This document shows positions 27,835-38,520 of a DNA stretch of 64,000 nucleotides, in pieces (the first letter of the stretch is position 1; each line of letters starts with the position of its first letter). Where the stretch lies: assembly GCA_002347565.1 (NCBI GenBank), contig DDXR01000076.1, forward strand, positions 42,006-106,005, given 5' to 3'. A program made the position numbers and the translations under genes. The DNA is from a bacterium UBP2_UBA2255 (GTDB lineage Bacteria; Edwardsbacteria; AC1; EtOH8). Under the pieces are notes generated by a model that saw only the letters and a program-made list of their open reading frames with translations, did not search any database and was not told the origin of the DNA.

Positions 27835-28905
27835 TCACTGCACGACGATGCCCGAGGCGATGCCATACGTCGATGTGCTGTCGATCACCAGGTCGTGGCG
27901 CACCCCGCTGACCCAATAGCACGGGATGTACTCTGATCCGACGCTGGTGTAACCGGTAAAATAGACCGTCCCCGAATAGGCGCAGACCGCCATCACGCTG
28001 TTATCGGTGCCGGTGCTGCAGGGCAGGTCGTGTCGCGTCGTTCCTTCCCAGTAGCAGGCCGTGCCGGTGACGCCATCGGAGACATAGCCGCCAGCGTAAA
28101 CCGTGCCGCCGGAAACGCAAATGCCGTATACTTCCCCGTCGTTGGTGCCGTTGGTTGGCAAGCTGCAAAGCACCGTATCCTGCCAATAGCACGGGGCGAT
28201 CTGCCCGCCCGATGGGCGGTAATTTCCGCCGCAATAGACCACGCCGTTGCTCACGGCAACCGCATAGGCATAGGCGTTATTGACCGTGCTCCGGCTCAGG
28301 ATGTGCCTGACCGTGTCTACCCAATAGCATGGCTCCGCATAGCTGACTGATGAATATCCGGCACAGTAGGGAACACCATTGTATGTGGTCACGGCCGTGA
28401 CCATGGCGTTGGCCGCCGAATCGACCTGCAGCCGGCGCCGCAGCGCTCCGTCCCAGCGGGTGGGCAGGCGGATGGCTCCGCTGTCGACGTACCCGGCGCA
28501 ATAGACCGCGCCGCCGGCCACGGCGATGCCATAGACCGTTGGGTTGGTCCCAAGGGCCGGCAGATCTGTGCGCACCGTGTCCCGCCAGAAACAGGGGATC
28601 CGTTTCGACCCGTCGTTGTACCAGCCGCCGCAATATGCGGCACCATTGGATACCGCCATGCCGTTCGCAACTGCAGGATGCAATACGTCCCCGCGCAGGT
28701 CAACGCGAACGCCGTTCTTCCAATAACATGGCACGTTGCGGCCGGCTATCTGATGGTACCCGCTGACATAGACCGTCGGCCCGGTCGGCGTCACTACTGG
28801 CGCGGTGGGATTGGATTTCTTGCCGCAGGCGGACAACAGCGCCAGCAGCACGATGGCCGGCGCGAGACCGGCCACGACCAGGCGTTTCATGTGGTGCTCC
28901 TTCAC
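27835..28905 (-). CDS. paralogous PCYW-repeat lipoprotein
   Basis: Lipobox LLSACG. Same repeat family (PCYWKNGVRVDL, PCFWRDTVRTDLP, PCYWQDTV...). Ends GIVVQ, like its neighbour (GILVQ). Confidence 0.7.
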   Translation of the reverse strand: MKEHHMKRLVVAGLAPAIVLLALLSACGKKSNPTAPVVTPTGPTVYVSGYHQIAGRNVPCYWKNGVRVDLRGDVLHPAVANGMAVSNGAAYCGGWYNDGSKRIPCFWRDTVRTDLPALGTNPTVYGIAVAGGAVYCAGYVDSGAIRLPTRWDGALRRRLQVDSAANAMVTAVTTYNGVPYCAGYSSVSYAEPCYWVDTVRHILSRSTVNNAYAYAVAVSNGVVYCGGNYRPSGGQIAPCYWQDTVLCSLPTNGTNDGEVYGICVSGGTVYAGGYVSDGVTGTACYWEGTTRHDLPCSTGTDNSVMAVCAYSGTVYFTGYTSVGSEYIPCYWVSGVRHDLVIDSTSTYGIASGIVVQ

Positions 28906-28941
28906 GTGGAGTTTTCTCGCAGGAACCGGTCCGATACGGGC

Positions 28942-29328
28942 TCAGTTCTTGTTGATGTAGTCCACCACCGCCTGGCTGGAGGTGCCGGGCGTGAAGATCT
29001 CCCTGATGCCCGCCGCTTTCAGGCCCGGGATGTCGTCGGCCGGGATCACGCCGCCGCCGAACACCTTGATGTCGGCCGCGCCCTTCTCCTTCAGCAGGTC
29101 GACCACCCTGGGGAACAGCGAGTTGTGGGCGCCCGACAGGCAGGACAGCCCCACCCACTGCACGTCCTCCTGCACCGCGGCGGCGGCGATGGCCTCGGGC
29201 GTCTGGCGCAGGCCGGTGTAGATCACCTCGAACCCGGCGTCGCGCAGGGCCCGGGCGATGTACTTGGCCCCGCGGTCGTGCCCGTCCAGGCCGGGCTTGG
29301 CGATCAGGATGCGGGTCTTGCTGCTCAT
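28942..29328 (-). CDS. methylmalonyl-CoA mutase B12-binding (small) subunit
   Basis: Start at [28 protein letters not shown] (DxHxxG cobalamin-binding motif) with a GGAGA RBS. Confidence 0.9.
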   Translation of the reverse strand: MSSKTRILIAKPGLDGHDRGAKYIARALRDAGFEVIYTGLRQTPEAIAAAAVQEDVQWVGLSCLSGAHNSLFPRVVDLLKEKGAADIKVFGGGVIPADDIPGLKAAGIREIFTPGTSSQAVVDYINKN

Positions 29329-29365
29329 GTGGCGTCTCCGTATGTCGTGCATGGTGATTGGCCGC

Positions 29366-30001
29366 TCAGTACTTGGCCAGCGCCTGCAGCCAGCTGTGGA
29401 CGTCCTCCGCCCGGTCGGACCCGCCCCATTCCTTCCAGTAGGCGCGGACCTCGCCCTCGTCGGCCTCGAACTCCAGCTGCTCGTTGCGGGCCTGGGCCGC
29501 GATGCCCCGCAGGATAGCCTTCATGGCCTCGGCCGCCTCGCCGCCGCCGGTGCGCAGCCGCCAGCCGTGGCCCAGATCGGCGCCCTCGACCCCCTCCAGC
29601 CGGGCCAGCATCCAGGACCGGGGTGAACCGCCCGGCCGGCGCGGCAGCGCGTAGCGGGCCACCGCGACCTTCTCCGGCCCGCCGTCCTTGGCCGGCATGA
29701 CGCGCTCGGTGTCGGCGACGGCCACCCCCAGCCGGACGGCGTGCCGCCGGGCCAGCTTCTCGGGCCGGCGGGAACGGCGCTCGTACCACAGGTAGCACAG
29801 GCACAGCCCGCTCATCGACGCCGACAGCGCCAGCGACGCGCCCCAGCGCTCCATGCCGACCGCGGCCGCCGACAGGCTGGCGGCCGAGAACAGCGCCGCC
29901 GCCGCCGCCACCCACATCCACTTGCGCCGGGTCTCGACGACGAACTCGAACACCAGCAGGATGGCGAACAGCGTCAGGACGCCCTGGTTGAAATTGTTCA
30001 T
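29366..30001 (-). CDS. hypothetical membrane protein
   Basis: 211 aa. Three N-terminal TM segments. GAGAGGG RBS. Sits between the mutase subunit genes. Confidence 0.5.
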   Translation of the reverse strand: MNNFNQGVLTLFAILLVFEFVVETRRKWMWVAAAAALFSAASLSAAAVGMERWGASLALSASMSGLCLCYLWYERRSRRPEKLARRHAVRLGVAVADTERVMPAKDGGPEKVAVARYALPRRPGGSPRSWMLARLEGVEGADLGHGWRLRTGGGEAAEAMKAILRGIAAQARNEQLEFEADEGEVRAYWKEWGGSDRAEDVHSWLQALAKY

Positions 30002-30127
30002 GGCGTTGCCCTCTCTGCGGCGGTTATGGAATTATCCGTGTGCAGGATCGAACCCGGCTGCCGGCCGACCGGCAGCAGCAATAGTAAGATCGCGTCGGTC
30101 ATTTAAATACGTTGTGGAATCTAGTGT

Positions 30128-31222
30128 TTAAAAACCTAATGACGTTTGATTGTCTTTTTCCTTATCTTTTACCATATAGATATTGCCATCGTAAGGTGTG
30201 TATTTAAGCATATCGGAAGCTTTTATACAGTAGTCTACACCTAGGTCAATCCCAATAAACCTGCGACCCAATTGCTTCGCTGCAATACATGTGGTACCAA
30301 TACCACAAAAAGGGTCGAGTACGATATCACCATTGAAAGAGCGCACTTTATCCTCTTTGAAAGTATACATGGCTATTAATCTATTAGGTATAGCACGCGG
30401 GAAAGGCGCTGGATGGACTTCTCTTTTAATATCTTCGGAAATAATCGGCCACACTTGTCTCGTAAGGTTCATCCATTGAGATACATCGAGTTTGCTTCTT
30501 TCCTTAATCTGCTTACTAATTATAGATGGCTTCCCGGCCTTGACATAAACGTTGATAAACTCAATGGTATTGCGTTCATACAAGTTTGGCGGATAAGGGT
30601 ACGAGCCAAACATTTTTTCTGTTGTTTGTTTCTGCCAAATGTACAGGCTATATAAAGATAGCTTTGTGTGATCTAGTATTGTACGTTCAATATCATTGTT
30701 TATATTTTTCAAATGCCTTGTATGTTGTTCCGATATCACTTTTTTTGCTATGGGCATTATTGGCGTTTGAATACACAACTTGCCGTTGGGAGTAAGAATA
30801 CGTTCGCATTCACTCCAAATCAATAATAACTCCTTCAAGTATTTATCATAACTAGACTGACCTATTTGGCCCGAGAATCCATAATCAACCATATTCCAAT
30901 ATGGTGGACTAGTGATTATAAGATGAATGGTATCGCTGGGGATTCGTTGCATTACATTATAGCTATTACCACAGATCACTTTGTTGACAATTGCATCAAT
31001 GTTTTTATAAGGCTGCGCAGTATTACGTGCGTCAAGCAAATTGCTATTCGATTCGATCACATTCTTCAGGTTGTCTTCCATCCTTTTCTGATAAATGCGT
31101 GTTGATGGATTCAATTGATCCGCGTGTTTTGAAATGATCTTTTTATCATCAAATAAACTGTCCGCATCGGCCCTTCTCAACCGATTACGTTTCATTTTAT
31201 ATCTAATCTTGTCATCTACCAT
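30128..31222 (-). CDS. Type II DNA methyltransferase, beta-class (SPPY motif IV before FxGxG motif I), probably N4-cytosine or N6-adenine
   Basis: LIITSPPYWNMVDY (motif IV) precedes VLDPFCGIGTTCIAA (motif I). AT-rich gene (~33% GC) in a GC-rich genome. Confidence 0.85.
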   Translation of the reverse strand: MVDDKIRYKMKRNRLRRADADSLFDDKKIISKHADQLNPSTRIYQKRMEDNLKNVIESNSNLLDARNTAQPYKNIDAIVNKVICGNSYNVMQRIPSDTIHLIITSPPYWNMVDYGFSGQIGQSSYDKYLKELLLIWSECERILTPNGKLCIQTPIMPIAKKVISEQHTRHLKNINNDIERTILDHTKLSLYSLYIWQKQTTEKMFGSYPYPPNLYERNTIEFINVYVKAGKPSIISKQIKERSKLDVSQWMNLTRQVWPIISEDIKREVHPAPFPRAIPNRLIAMYTFKEDKVRSFNGDIVLDPFCGIGTTCIAAKQLGRRFIGIDLGVDYCIKASDMLKYTPYDGNIYMVKDKEKDNQTSLGF

Positions 31223-31224
31223 AC

Positions 31225-32697
31225 CTATACATCCTTTCCGCGCACATCAACTACACGGAACTTAATGAATGATTTGCTATTTTCTTTCAATAATCCGATC
31301 CGAGCGTGTTTGATTTTATCCGAAAACGACTCGGCAAGAATAACACCTCTTGTTTTACCTGAACCATCCAGGTTTTGATGTACCCAGCCAATATATCTAA
31401 GCATCTGTCCAATGACCTTGTCCTCAGCGTTACCTCTTTTTATTTCAACTACGACATAGTGACCTGTGCCATCTTTACAAAGCATATCAATACGTCCAAT
31501 CAATGTTGAATACTGCCTACCATTCTCCACCATCGTCAGACCTGATTCAATCAAAGACGGTTTTCGACTATAAATATCTTCGATTTCTTTCTCATAAATC
31601 AGATCTTCAATTTCCTTCTGCTCTTCCTTAGATAATGTTTTAAGTAATTCGACGCTATCCTTAGATATCTTTTTAGCTTCGCTCGGCACTGCTGTTTCTA
31701 TCTGATACTTAAACAACTCAAATGATGTTGGACGACGCGAATAATCGCCATAGAAATTGAACCAATCATTGATTGACTTGAAAACGAATGGTGTGTACTT
31801 GTCAATATACTTACCACCTATCTTATCTAGTAAATCTTTTCTAGGTGTTTGATACTTACCATCATTGTTTGTTATTAAATCCCCAAAAAGAAATAGTATA
31901 AAACTTTTCTGATATGAATAGTTTTGATAGATTGTTTTATACTTTGGCACTGCAGAAACACTATATCCGAAAATGTCTTCAGCTTTAATAGATGGTATTT
32001 TTTCGACACACTTGATTAAAGTGCTTTTTTCCTTATCCGATAGTTTTCTCCAGATTTTAATTCTCTTTAATACATTACCTATATCTGTTTTATTACTAAT
32101 GATGTTAATGAACAATCTGAATTCATCATCTGTTACCATATAGCCTGCATTCGTGAATACTGTAAGAAAACTCACAAACGGGTTGATATACTCGCGTCCC
32201 TTTAGATTGTAAAACTGATATTTACTTATTTGTCGAGAGATGACCTCTCTTAATGATGTTTCACTCTTGCATTTAATAAATTCGTACCCCGCATCTGTAA
32301 TATAGACATACTCGTCCTGTATATACACAAAACCCAGCAACTCAAATATGATGATATTAATTCTCATTAATGCAGTATAACTAGCTAAATCTTGTTTTTT
32401 CTTGCCCACATAGGGTGCTATGAGTTTACGATTTTCTAACTCTTCGTAGTATTTATGTTGATTCTTTAAATCCCATTTGTCTTCAAGAGATATTCTCTGT
32501 AATGCTTTCAATCTTTCTTTTAGAATCTGAACATTTTCAATTTTTACAGACATAGCCTTAGGGATATACCAATAATAATCGTTTGCAGTATATTCCTTTA
32601 AAAAATCAATCCAATATAGACGATCTGTAAAATCCTGTGGCAGATCGTACAACTTCTCGATCCGCTTCTTATCATAATGCTTTTGCTTTTTGATCAT
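31225..32697 (-). CDS. putative Type II restriction endonuclease (C-terminal PD-(D/E)xK / NucS-DUF91-like nuclease)
   Basis: 490 aa, AT-rich. C-terminal GRIDMLCKDGTGHYVVVEIKRGNAEDKVIGQMLRYIGW contains a D...ExK nuclease motif. Stop lies 2 nt from the MTase start. Confidence 0.6.
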   Translation of the reverse strand: MIKKQKHYDKKRIEKLYDLPQDFTDRLYWIDFLKEYTANDYYWYIPKAMSVKIENVQILKERLKALQRISLEDKWDLKNQHKYYEELENRKLIAPYVGKKKQDLASYTALMRINIIIFELLGFVYIQDEYVYITDAGYEFIKCKSETSLREVISRQISKYQFYNLKGREYINPFVSFLTVFTNAGYMVTDDEFRLFINIISNKTDIGNVLKRIKIWRKLSDKEKSTLIKCVEKIPSIKAEDIFGYSVSAVPKYKTIYQNYSYQKSFILFLFGDLITNNDGKYQTPRKDLLDKIGGKYIDKYTPFVFKSINDWFNFYGDYSRRPTSFELFKYQIETAVPSEAKKISKDSVELLKTLSKEEQKEIEDLIYEKEIEDIYSRKPSLIESGLTMVENGRQYSTLIGRIDMLCKDGTGHYVVVEIKRGNAEDKVIGQMLRYIGWVHQNLDGSGKTRGVILAESFSDKIKHARIGLLKENSKSFIKFRVVDVRGKDV

Positions 32698-32715
32698 TGC
32701 TATATCCTAATGTTA

Positions 32716-32922
32716 TTAAGTCCCCATGATCTTCGCCCGGAAGATAAAGAACACCGCGCCCAGCAGGCACAGGCCCGCCCACAGGTAGTCGGAACTGGGT
32801 TTCCCCTTGAGGAAGTAGACCGGGAACGGCAGGAACACCGCCAGCGCCGCCACGTACCAGGCGAAGGTCATGAAGACGTTGCTGCAGCCCAGCAGCAGCG
32901 CGGTAAGGTAGTATTGATGCAT
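32716..32922 (-). CDS. DUF486-family (DMT-like) small membrane protein, apparently internally deleted remnant
   Basis: GC-rich 68-aa ORF. The N-terminus LLGCSNVFMTFAWY and C-terminus LAVFLPFPVYFLKGKPSSDYLWAGLCLLGAVFFIF match the two ends of ~110-aa DUF486 proteins, with the middle missing. AT-rich DNA flanks it on both sides. Confidence 0.45.
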   Translation of the reverse strand: MHQYYLTALLLGCSNVFMTFAWYVAALAVFLPFPVYFLKGKPSSDYLWAGLCLLGAVFFIFRAKIMGT

Positions 32923-32982
32923 TTAATACGTATTTACAGATACTACATTACGAGTTATTTCGAAACAGGGGAACAATGATTC

Positions 32983-34503
32983 TTAATATTTCCTTCGACC
33001 TCTTGGCCTGCTTGATACACGGTGTATTTCTCTACCTTTAATATCTCGCATTTCTAACGCTTGTCGGAAAACAGGGTGGACTTCCCATTTTAATCCATCA
33101 TCAATGTTAGTCCTCGCCTTGAAAAGCGTCGGTTTATCAGAAAAGCAAAAATGTTCATAACTAGCTGGTCCATAATCCCTACGACCATAGAAAAAACCAA
33201 TTTCGAATAAAAATGCTGCTACTTGAAGTTTTGTTGGCGTGCCAACAACACCAATGATACGGGGTGATAAATGGTTAAGAATTTTATTATCGATTATCTT
33301 AAATAACGCGTCTGTTGTTAATTCTTCAGGCTCACGACTGAAAGCAGAAATTAATTCTTCTATATCTGGGCATCGCGATTTAAATTCAGCAACTGTATCT
33401 TCAATTCTTCGATCACCGAATTTTGTTAAATCACCAAGAATATCAAGTAACATGATTTTTTCGTGCTTCTGCGTTAATGCACGTGTCGCAGCATATCTAC
33501 ATAATTCTATCATCCAACGTGGCCGGCCCTTGGATAGAGTATTAATAACTACATGCGCTGGTCTTGTGCTACCTGCCCAATCAAGAGGTGAATTGAAAAT
33601 AAAACCAATAAAGTACTTTTGTCGTTCCTCTTCATTCCCGGACAATGGTTTAATTTTAGCAAATTCTCCTTTACGGATTAAATAACCCTCGATACGTTTT
33701 GCCAATAACCGTCTACAATCATCCTCAGTCCATATTATATCACACATATATTGTTCTATCTTAGAAAGCGATTCATACTCCATTTTAATAATTGTCCACA
33801 CATTCGGTCGTACTGCTGCACGCACCCTCAAACCGGGTATTAATAAAGATAATTCAAGGATAGCATCAAAGAAAGAAGATATTCTTACTCTTTGAAGTTT
33901 CGTATTTTCGAAATTCTTATCAATATCATCTACAAAGAGCCAAACCAACGACCCTTCGTCAATACCCCTCTTTACGACACCTTCTAATGATTTAACAACG
34001 TGTTCAACCTTTTTTGTTTCGACACTTGCTGGGCCGACTTTTATTGTGGTTTTTAAACGATCAGTAATTGCACTAACAATATTTTTTCTTTTAAAACCAT
34101 TCCTTTCAGCTTCTTCAACAAGTGAAATAGCATCATCCGACCATGCTATCCCAATTTTAGAGCCAATTTCATTTGCTAATCGTTCAATAATGGCCTTTTT
34201 CCATTCACGGGTAAATGTAGCATAATCTTCTGTTTGCAGGGTAGGTGCTAATTCGCTACCTGCACATGATAGAACAACATCGTTTGCAGATAGTTCTGGA
34301 CTGATTTTCATTTTACATATTCTTAGCAGCGCGCTCTTCCCGTCGCCTTTATAGGCACGTGTAATAGCTATCTTCCTGTTTTTATCTTTAAAAATATTAC
34401 TCTCTGGTTTCTCAACGATATATTTAGTAAAAATTTCTTCTGGTTCATGTTCAGCAGCATCATTCCCAAATAGATCTTCGTCATTTAAATTGATACGTAT
34501 CAT
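32983..34503 (-). CDS. orphan P-loop NTPase (KAP-like Walker B), candidate defense protein
   Basis: 506 aa, AT-rich. Walker A-like AITRAYKGDGKSALL. Walker B LVWLFVDDIDKNF, close to the KAP-family hhhhDDLDR pattern. No recognised partner domains. Sits next to the R-M pair inside an AT-rich island. Confidence 0.65.
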   Translation of the reverse strand: MIRINLNDEDLFGNDAAEHEPEEIFTKYIVEKPESNIFKDKNRKIAITRAYKGDGKSALLRICKMKISPELSANDVVLSCAGSELAPTLQTEDYATFTREWKKAIIERLANEIGSKIGIAWSDDAISLVEEAERNGFKRKNIVSAITDRLKTTIKVGPASVETKKVEHVVKSLEGVVKRGIDEGSLVWLFVDDIDKNFENTKLQRVRISSFFDAILELSLLIPGLRVRAAVRPNVWTIIKMEYESLSKIEQYMCDIIWTEDDCRRLLAKRIEGYLIRKGEFAKIKPLSGNEEERQKYFIGFIFNSPLDWAGSTRPAHVVINTLSKGRPRWMIELCRYAATRALTQKHEKIMLLDILGDLTKFGDRRIEDTVAEFKSRCPDIEELISAFSREPEELTTDALFKIIDNKILNHLSPRIIGVVGTPTKLQVAAFLFEIGFFYGRRDYGPASYEHFCFSDKPTLFKARTNIDDGLKWEVHPVFRQALEMRDIKGREIHRVSSRPRGRRKY

Positions 34504-34594
34504 TGTTCATTCCTCAATAAAAAAACCACTGCTTAGTGTAATGTACCTGCCCTTTCTTGTAAGCGAAAGGGCAGGGTACGTGATTTAAACCGTT

Positions 34595-36367
<1,773 letters not shown>

Positions 36368-36541
36368 GGCGCACCTATATTATTGTGTTCATCTCCAATG
36401 GGTTGAAAATTTATTATATCACTCCCATTACCCGGTTTCAAGAAAAAAGAAAAGTAATCCGCACCCCGGCTGGGCGGCCCGGAGCGCCGGGCCCCGGAGA
36501 TCGGGCCGAGGCAGGCGCACGGCGGCAAACCCGTTTATCGC

Positions 36542-36569
36542 TTGACAATCGCCGTCTTTTGCGTATATT
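36542..36569 (+). promoter_or_regulatory. candidate sigma-70 promoter (TTGACA-N16-TATATT)
   Basis: Sits in the 470-nt intergenic region between the divergent mutase operon and the V4R-like gene. Confidence 0.35.
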
Positions 36570-36855
36570 TACCATCGGCAGCAATACCGCCTGTCGGACA
36601 CGCGCGCCGCTTGACGGAAAGTCACGCCAGTCCATGAAAGCTGCGCTCTGCGGAAGGCCGGCGCATTGCATTGCGGCGCGGATTCCGCAGTCGATGCGCC
36701 ACAAGTCGAAAGGAGACAGCCCTGGCCCAATTCATCGCCTTCGCCCCCCGGGGTCGAGGTCAACGGGCAGACCGTGCTGTCGGTCGTCGATGGCAGCACC
36801 ATCAAGAAGTCGGCCCTGAAGTACCTTTCGAAAAGCGGGATCGCCGACCCGGCGC

Positions 36856-37087
36856 CATGACCGAGGGGATCGGCCACTACGGGCACCAGCGGATCGACGA
36901 CCGCAGCGCGCGGATGGTCTGCAACAACCCCTACCCCTGCGATTTCGACCGGGGCATCATCGAGTCGGCGGCCAACAAGTTCAAGCCGGCGGGTTTCCGG
37001 GTGTCGGTGGTCCATGACGAGCCGAGCCGGTGCCGGATGACCGGCGCCGATGCCTGCGCCTATACCGTCAGCTGGCGGCCGGAATAG
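36856..37087 (+). CDS. V4R-domain-like small protein (possibly the 3' part of a frameshifted gene)
   Basis: The pattern C..PYPCDFDRGIIESAANKF...GF.V.VV.DEPSRC..TGADACAY fits the V4R Cys/Gly pattern. Strong GC3 bias. A coding-like stretch in a different frame (36740-36860) ends with ATGA overlapping this start. Confidence 0.4.
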
Positions 37088-37208
37088 GTGCCATCCGGCC
37101 CGGGACCGGGACGCGGAACGATTTTTCGTTCCGCGTCTTGACTTTTCCACCGCCGAACGGGTATAGTACGATCGAACCGAGAATCATTCCCACAAGGAAG
37201 GAGCTCCC

Positions 37209-38459
37209 ATGTCGTTCCTACGTCTTCTGTCCAACGGGATCCTGCTGTGCTGCCTGCTGTCCGCCGCCACCGCCGGTGCCGTCGACGTCAAGGCGCTGGC
37301 CCGCCAGGCCAAGGCCGCCCTGCGGGCCGGCGAAAACACCAACGACCAGGCCGTGCTCAGGGCCAAGCTGGACGAAGCCCGGGCATTGATCGACCAGATC
37401 AAGGCGGCCGACCCCAAATATGCCGAACTTTCCGTGATGGAGAACAAATACCGCTACCTGTCGGGGAACCTCAAGGCTTCCCAGTCCCAGGCAGCGCAGC
37501 AGGCGGCCGACGCCTCCATCGACTGGGCCCGGGTGCGAAAAGTCATCGCCGACTGGGAAGCCCTCATCCGGCTCAAGGACGACCTGGCCGCCAAGACCGG
37601 CGGCTTCTTCCCCAATGGCCAGAACATCGCCTACAGCAGGGAGCAGACGGACCAGGTGCTGGCCATGGCGGCCGACGTGCTGAAGAACGACCAGCCCAAG
37701 ATCCTGGCCTTTCTCAAGGATTTCGAAGCCCAGTACGGCCCACCGGGCGACGCCACCGATCGAAAAATCATCGAACTGACGCCCAAGGACCCCAGGAAGG
37801 GCCTGTACGACGAGGCCAACCGGCGGCCCTCGGACCTGCCCAGCCGCTGCCACCAGGAACTGGTTGACCGGCTGACCTGGGTGAAGGAGAACCCCAGGCT
37901 GGAAGCCAGGAAGATACTGAAAAACGTCAGCGACATGATGGCCAACGTCGACTTCGTCACGGACACCCAGCGCGACAAGCGCTACGCCGAGCAGCAGGCC
38001 GAACTGGAGCGGGCCCTGAAGTTCGCCCCCGGCGACCCGGAGGTGGCCAAAGCCCTGGCCGACCACAAGGCCAACCGCACCAAGTCCCAGGCCGACGTCA
38101 AGAAGGCTTTGGAATCGGCCCGGTACCCGGCCGCCTGCGCCGGATTCTCCGGCCCGGGCACCCCGGCCAACCTGGCGGCCCAGGCCACCGCCTACTTCAA
38201 CGCCAACTATCCGAAGGAGAAGGTGCTGAAAGTCAGCGTGGCCGGCAACTGGTTCGCGGCCAAACATAACATCTTCGGTGAGCCCATCCAGTGGGGCTTG
38301 CCGGTCCACTGCGCCAGCCAGCAGGGAGAACAGGGCGTCTGCCGGGTGTTCAAGTCCACCGTGCTCACCGGCATCGGGCTGAAGGTGGCCAAGGCCCCGC
38401 CCTTCAAGGATCACTGGACCGGAGACTCATATAGGATGCTGATAGCTAATTTGAAATGA
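37209..38459 (+). CDS. secreted hypothetical protein
   Basis: Signal peptide MSFLRLLSNGILLCCLLSAATAGA. 416 aa, GC3-biased. Followed by a strong hairpin terminator. Confidence 0.6.
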   Translation: MSFLRLLSNGILLCCLLSAATAGAVDVKALARQAKAALRAGENTNDQAVLRAKLDEARALIDQIKAADPKYAELSVMENKYRYLSGNLKASQSQAAQQAADASIDWARVRKVIADWEALIRLKDDLAAKTGGFFPNGQNIAYSREQTDQVLAMAADVLKNDQPKILAFLKDFEAQYGPPGDATDRKIIELTPKDPRKGLYDEANRRPSDLPSRCHQELVDRLTWVKENPRLEARKILKNVSDMMANVDFVTDTQRDKRYAEQQAELERALKFAPGDPEVAKALADHKANRTKSQADVKKALESARYPAACAGFSGPGTPANLAAQATAYFNANYPKEKVLKVSVAGNWFAAKHNIFGEPIQWGLPVHCASQQGEQGVCRVFKSTVLTGIGLKVAKAPPFKDHWTGDSYRMLIANLK

Positions 38460-38473
38460 CCGGAGAATAATGA

Positions 38474-38512
38474 AAAGCCCCCCCGCCAAAGGCGGGGGGG
38501 GCTTTCTTTTTC
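38474..38512. terminator. bidirectional rho-independent terminator
   Basis: AAAAGCCCCCCCGCC-AAA-GGCGGGGGGGGCTTTCTTTTT between convergent genes. 12-bp G/C stem with flanking A- and T-runs. Confidence 0.7.
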
Positions 38513-38520
38513 ACAGATCG

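Noticed and set aside
30100-34570. 7-bp ATTTAAA direct repeat near both island edges as a target-site duplication
   Set aside because: It is too short and too AT-generic to support an insertion mechanism. It is mentioned only as a weak possibility.
36569-37150. 193-aa minus-strand ORF
   Set aside because: It is antisense to the region with strong plus-strand GC3 signal (the V4R-like gene) and has no motifs.
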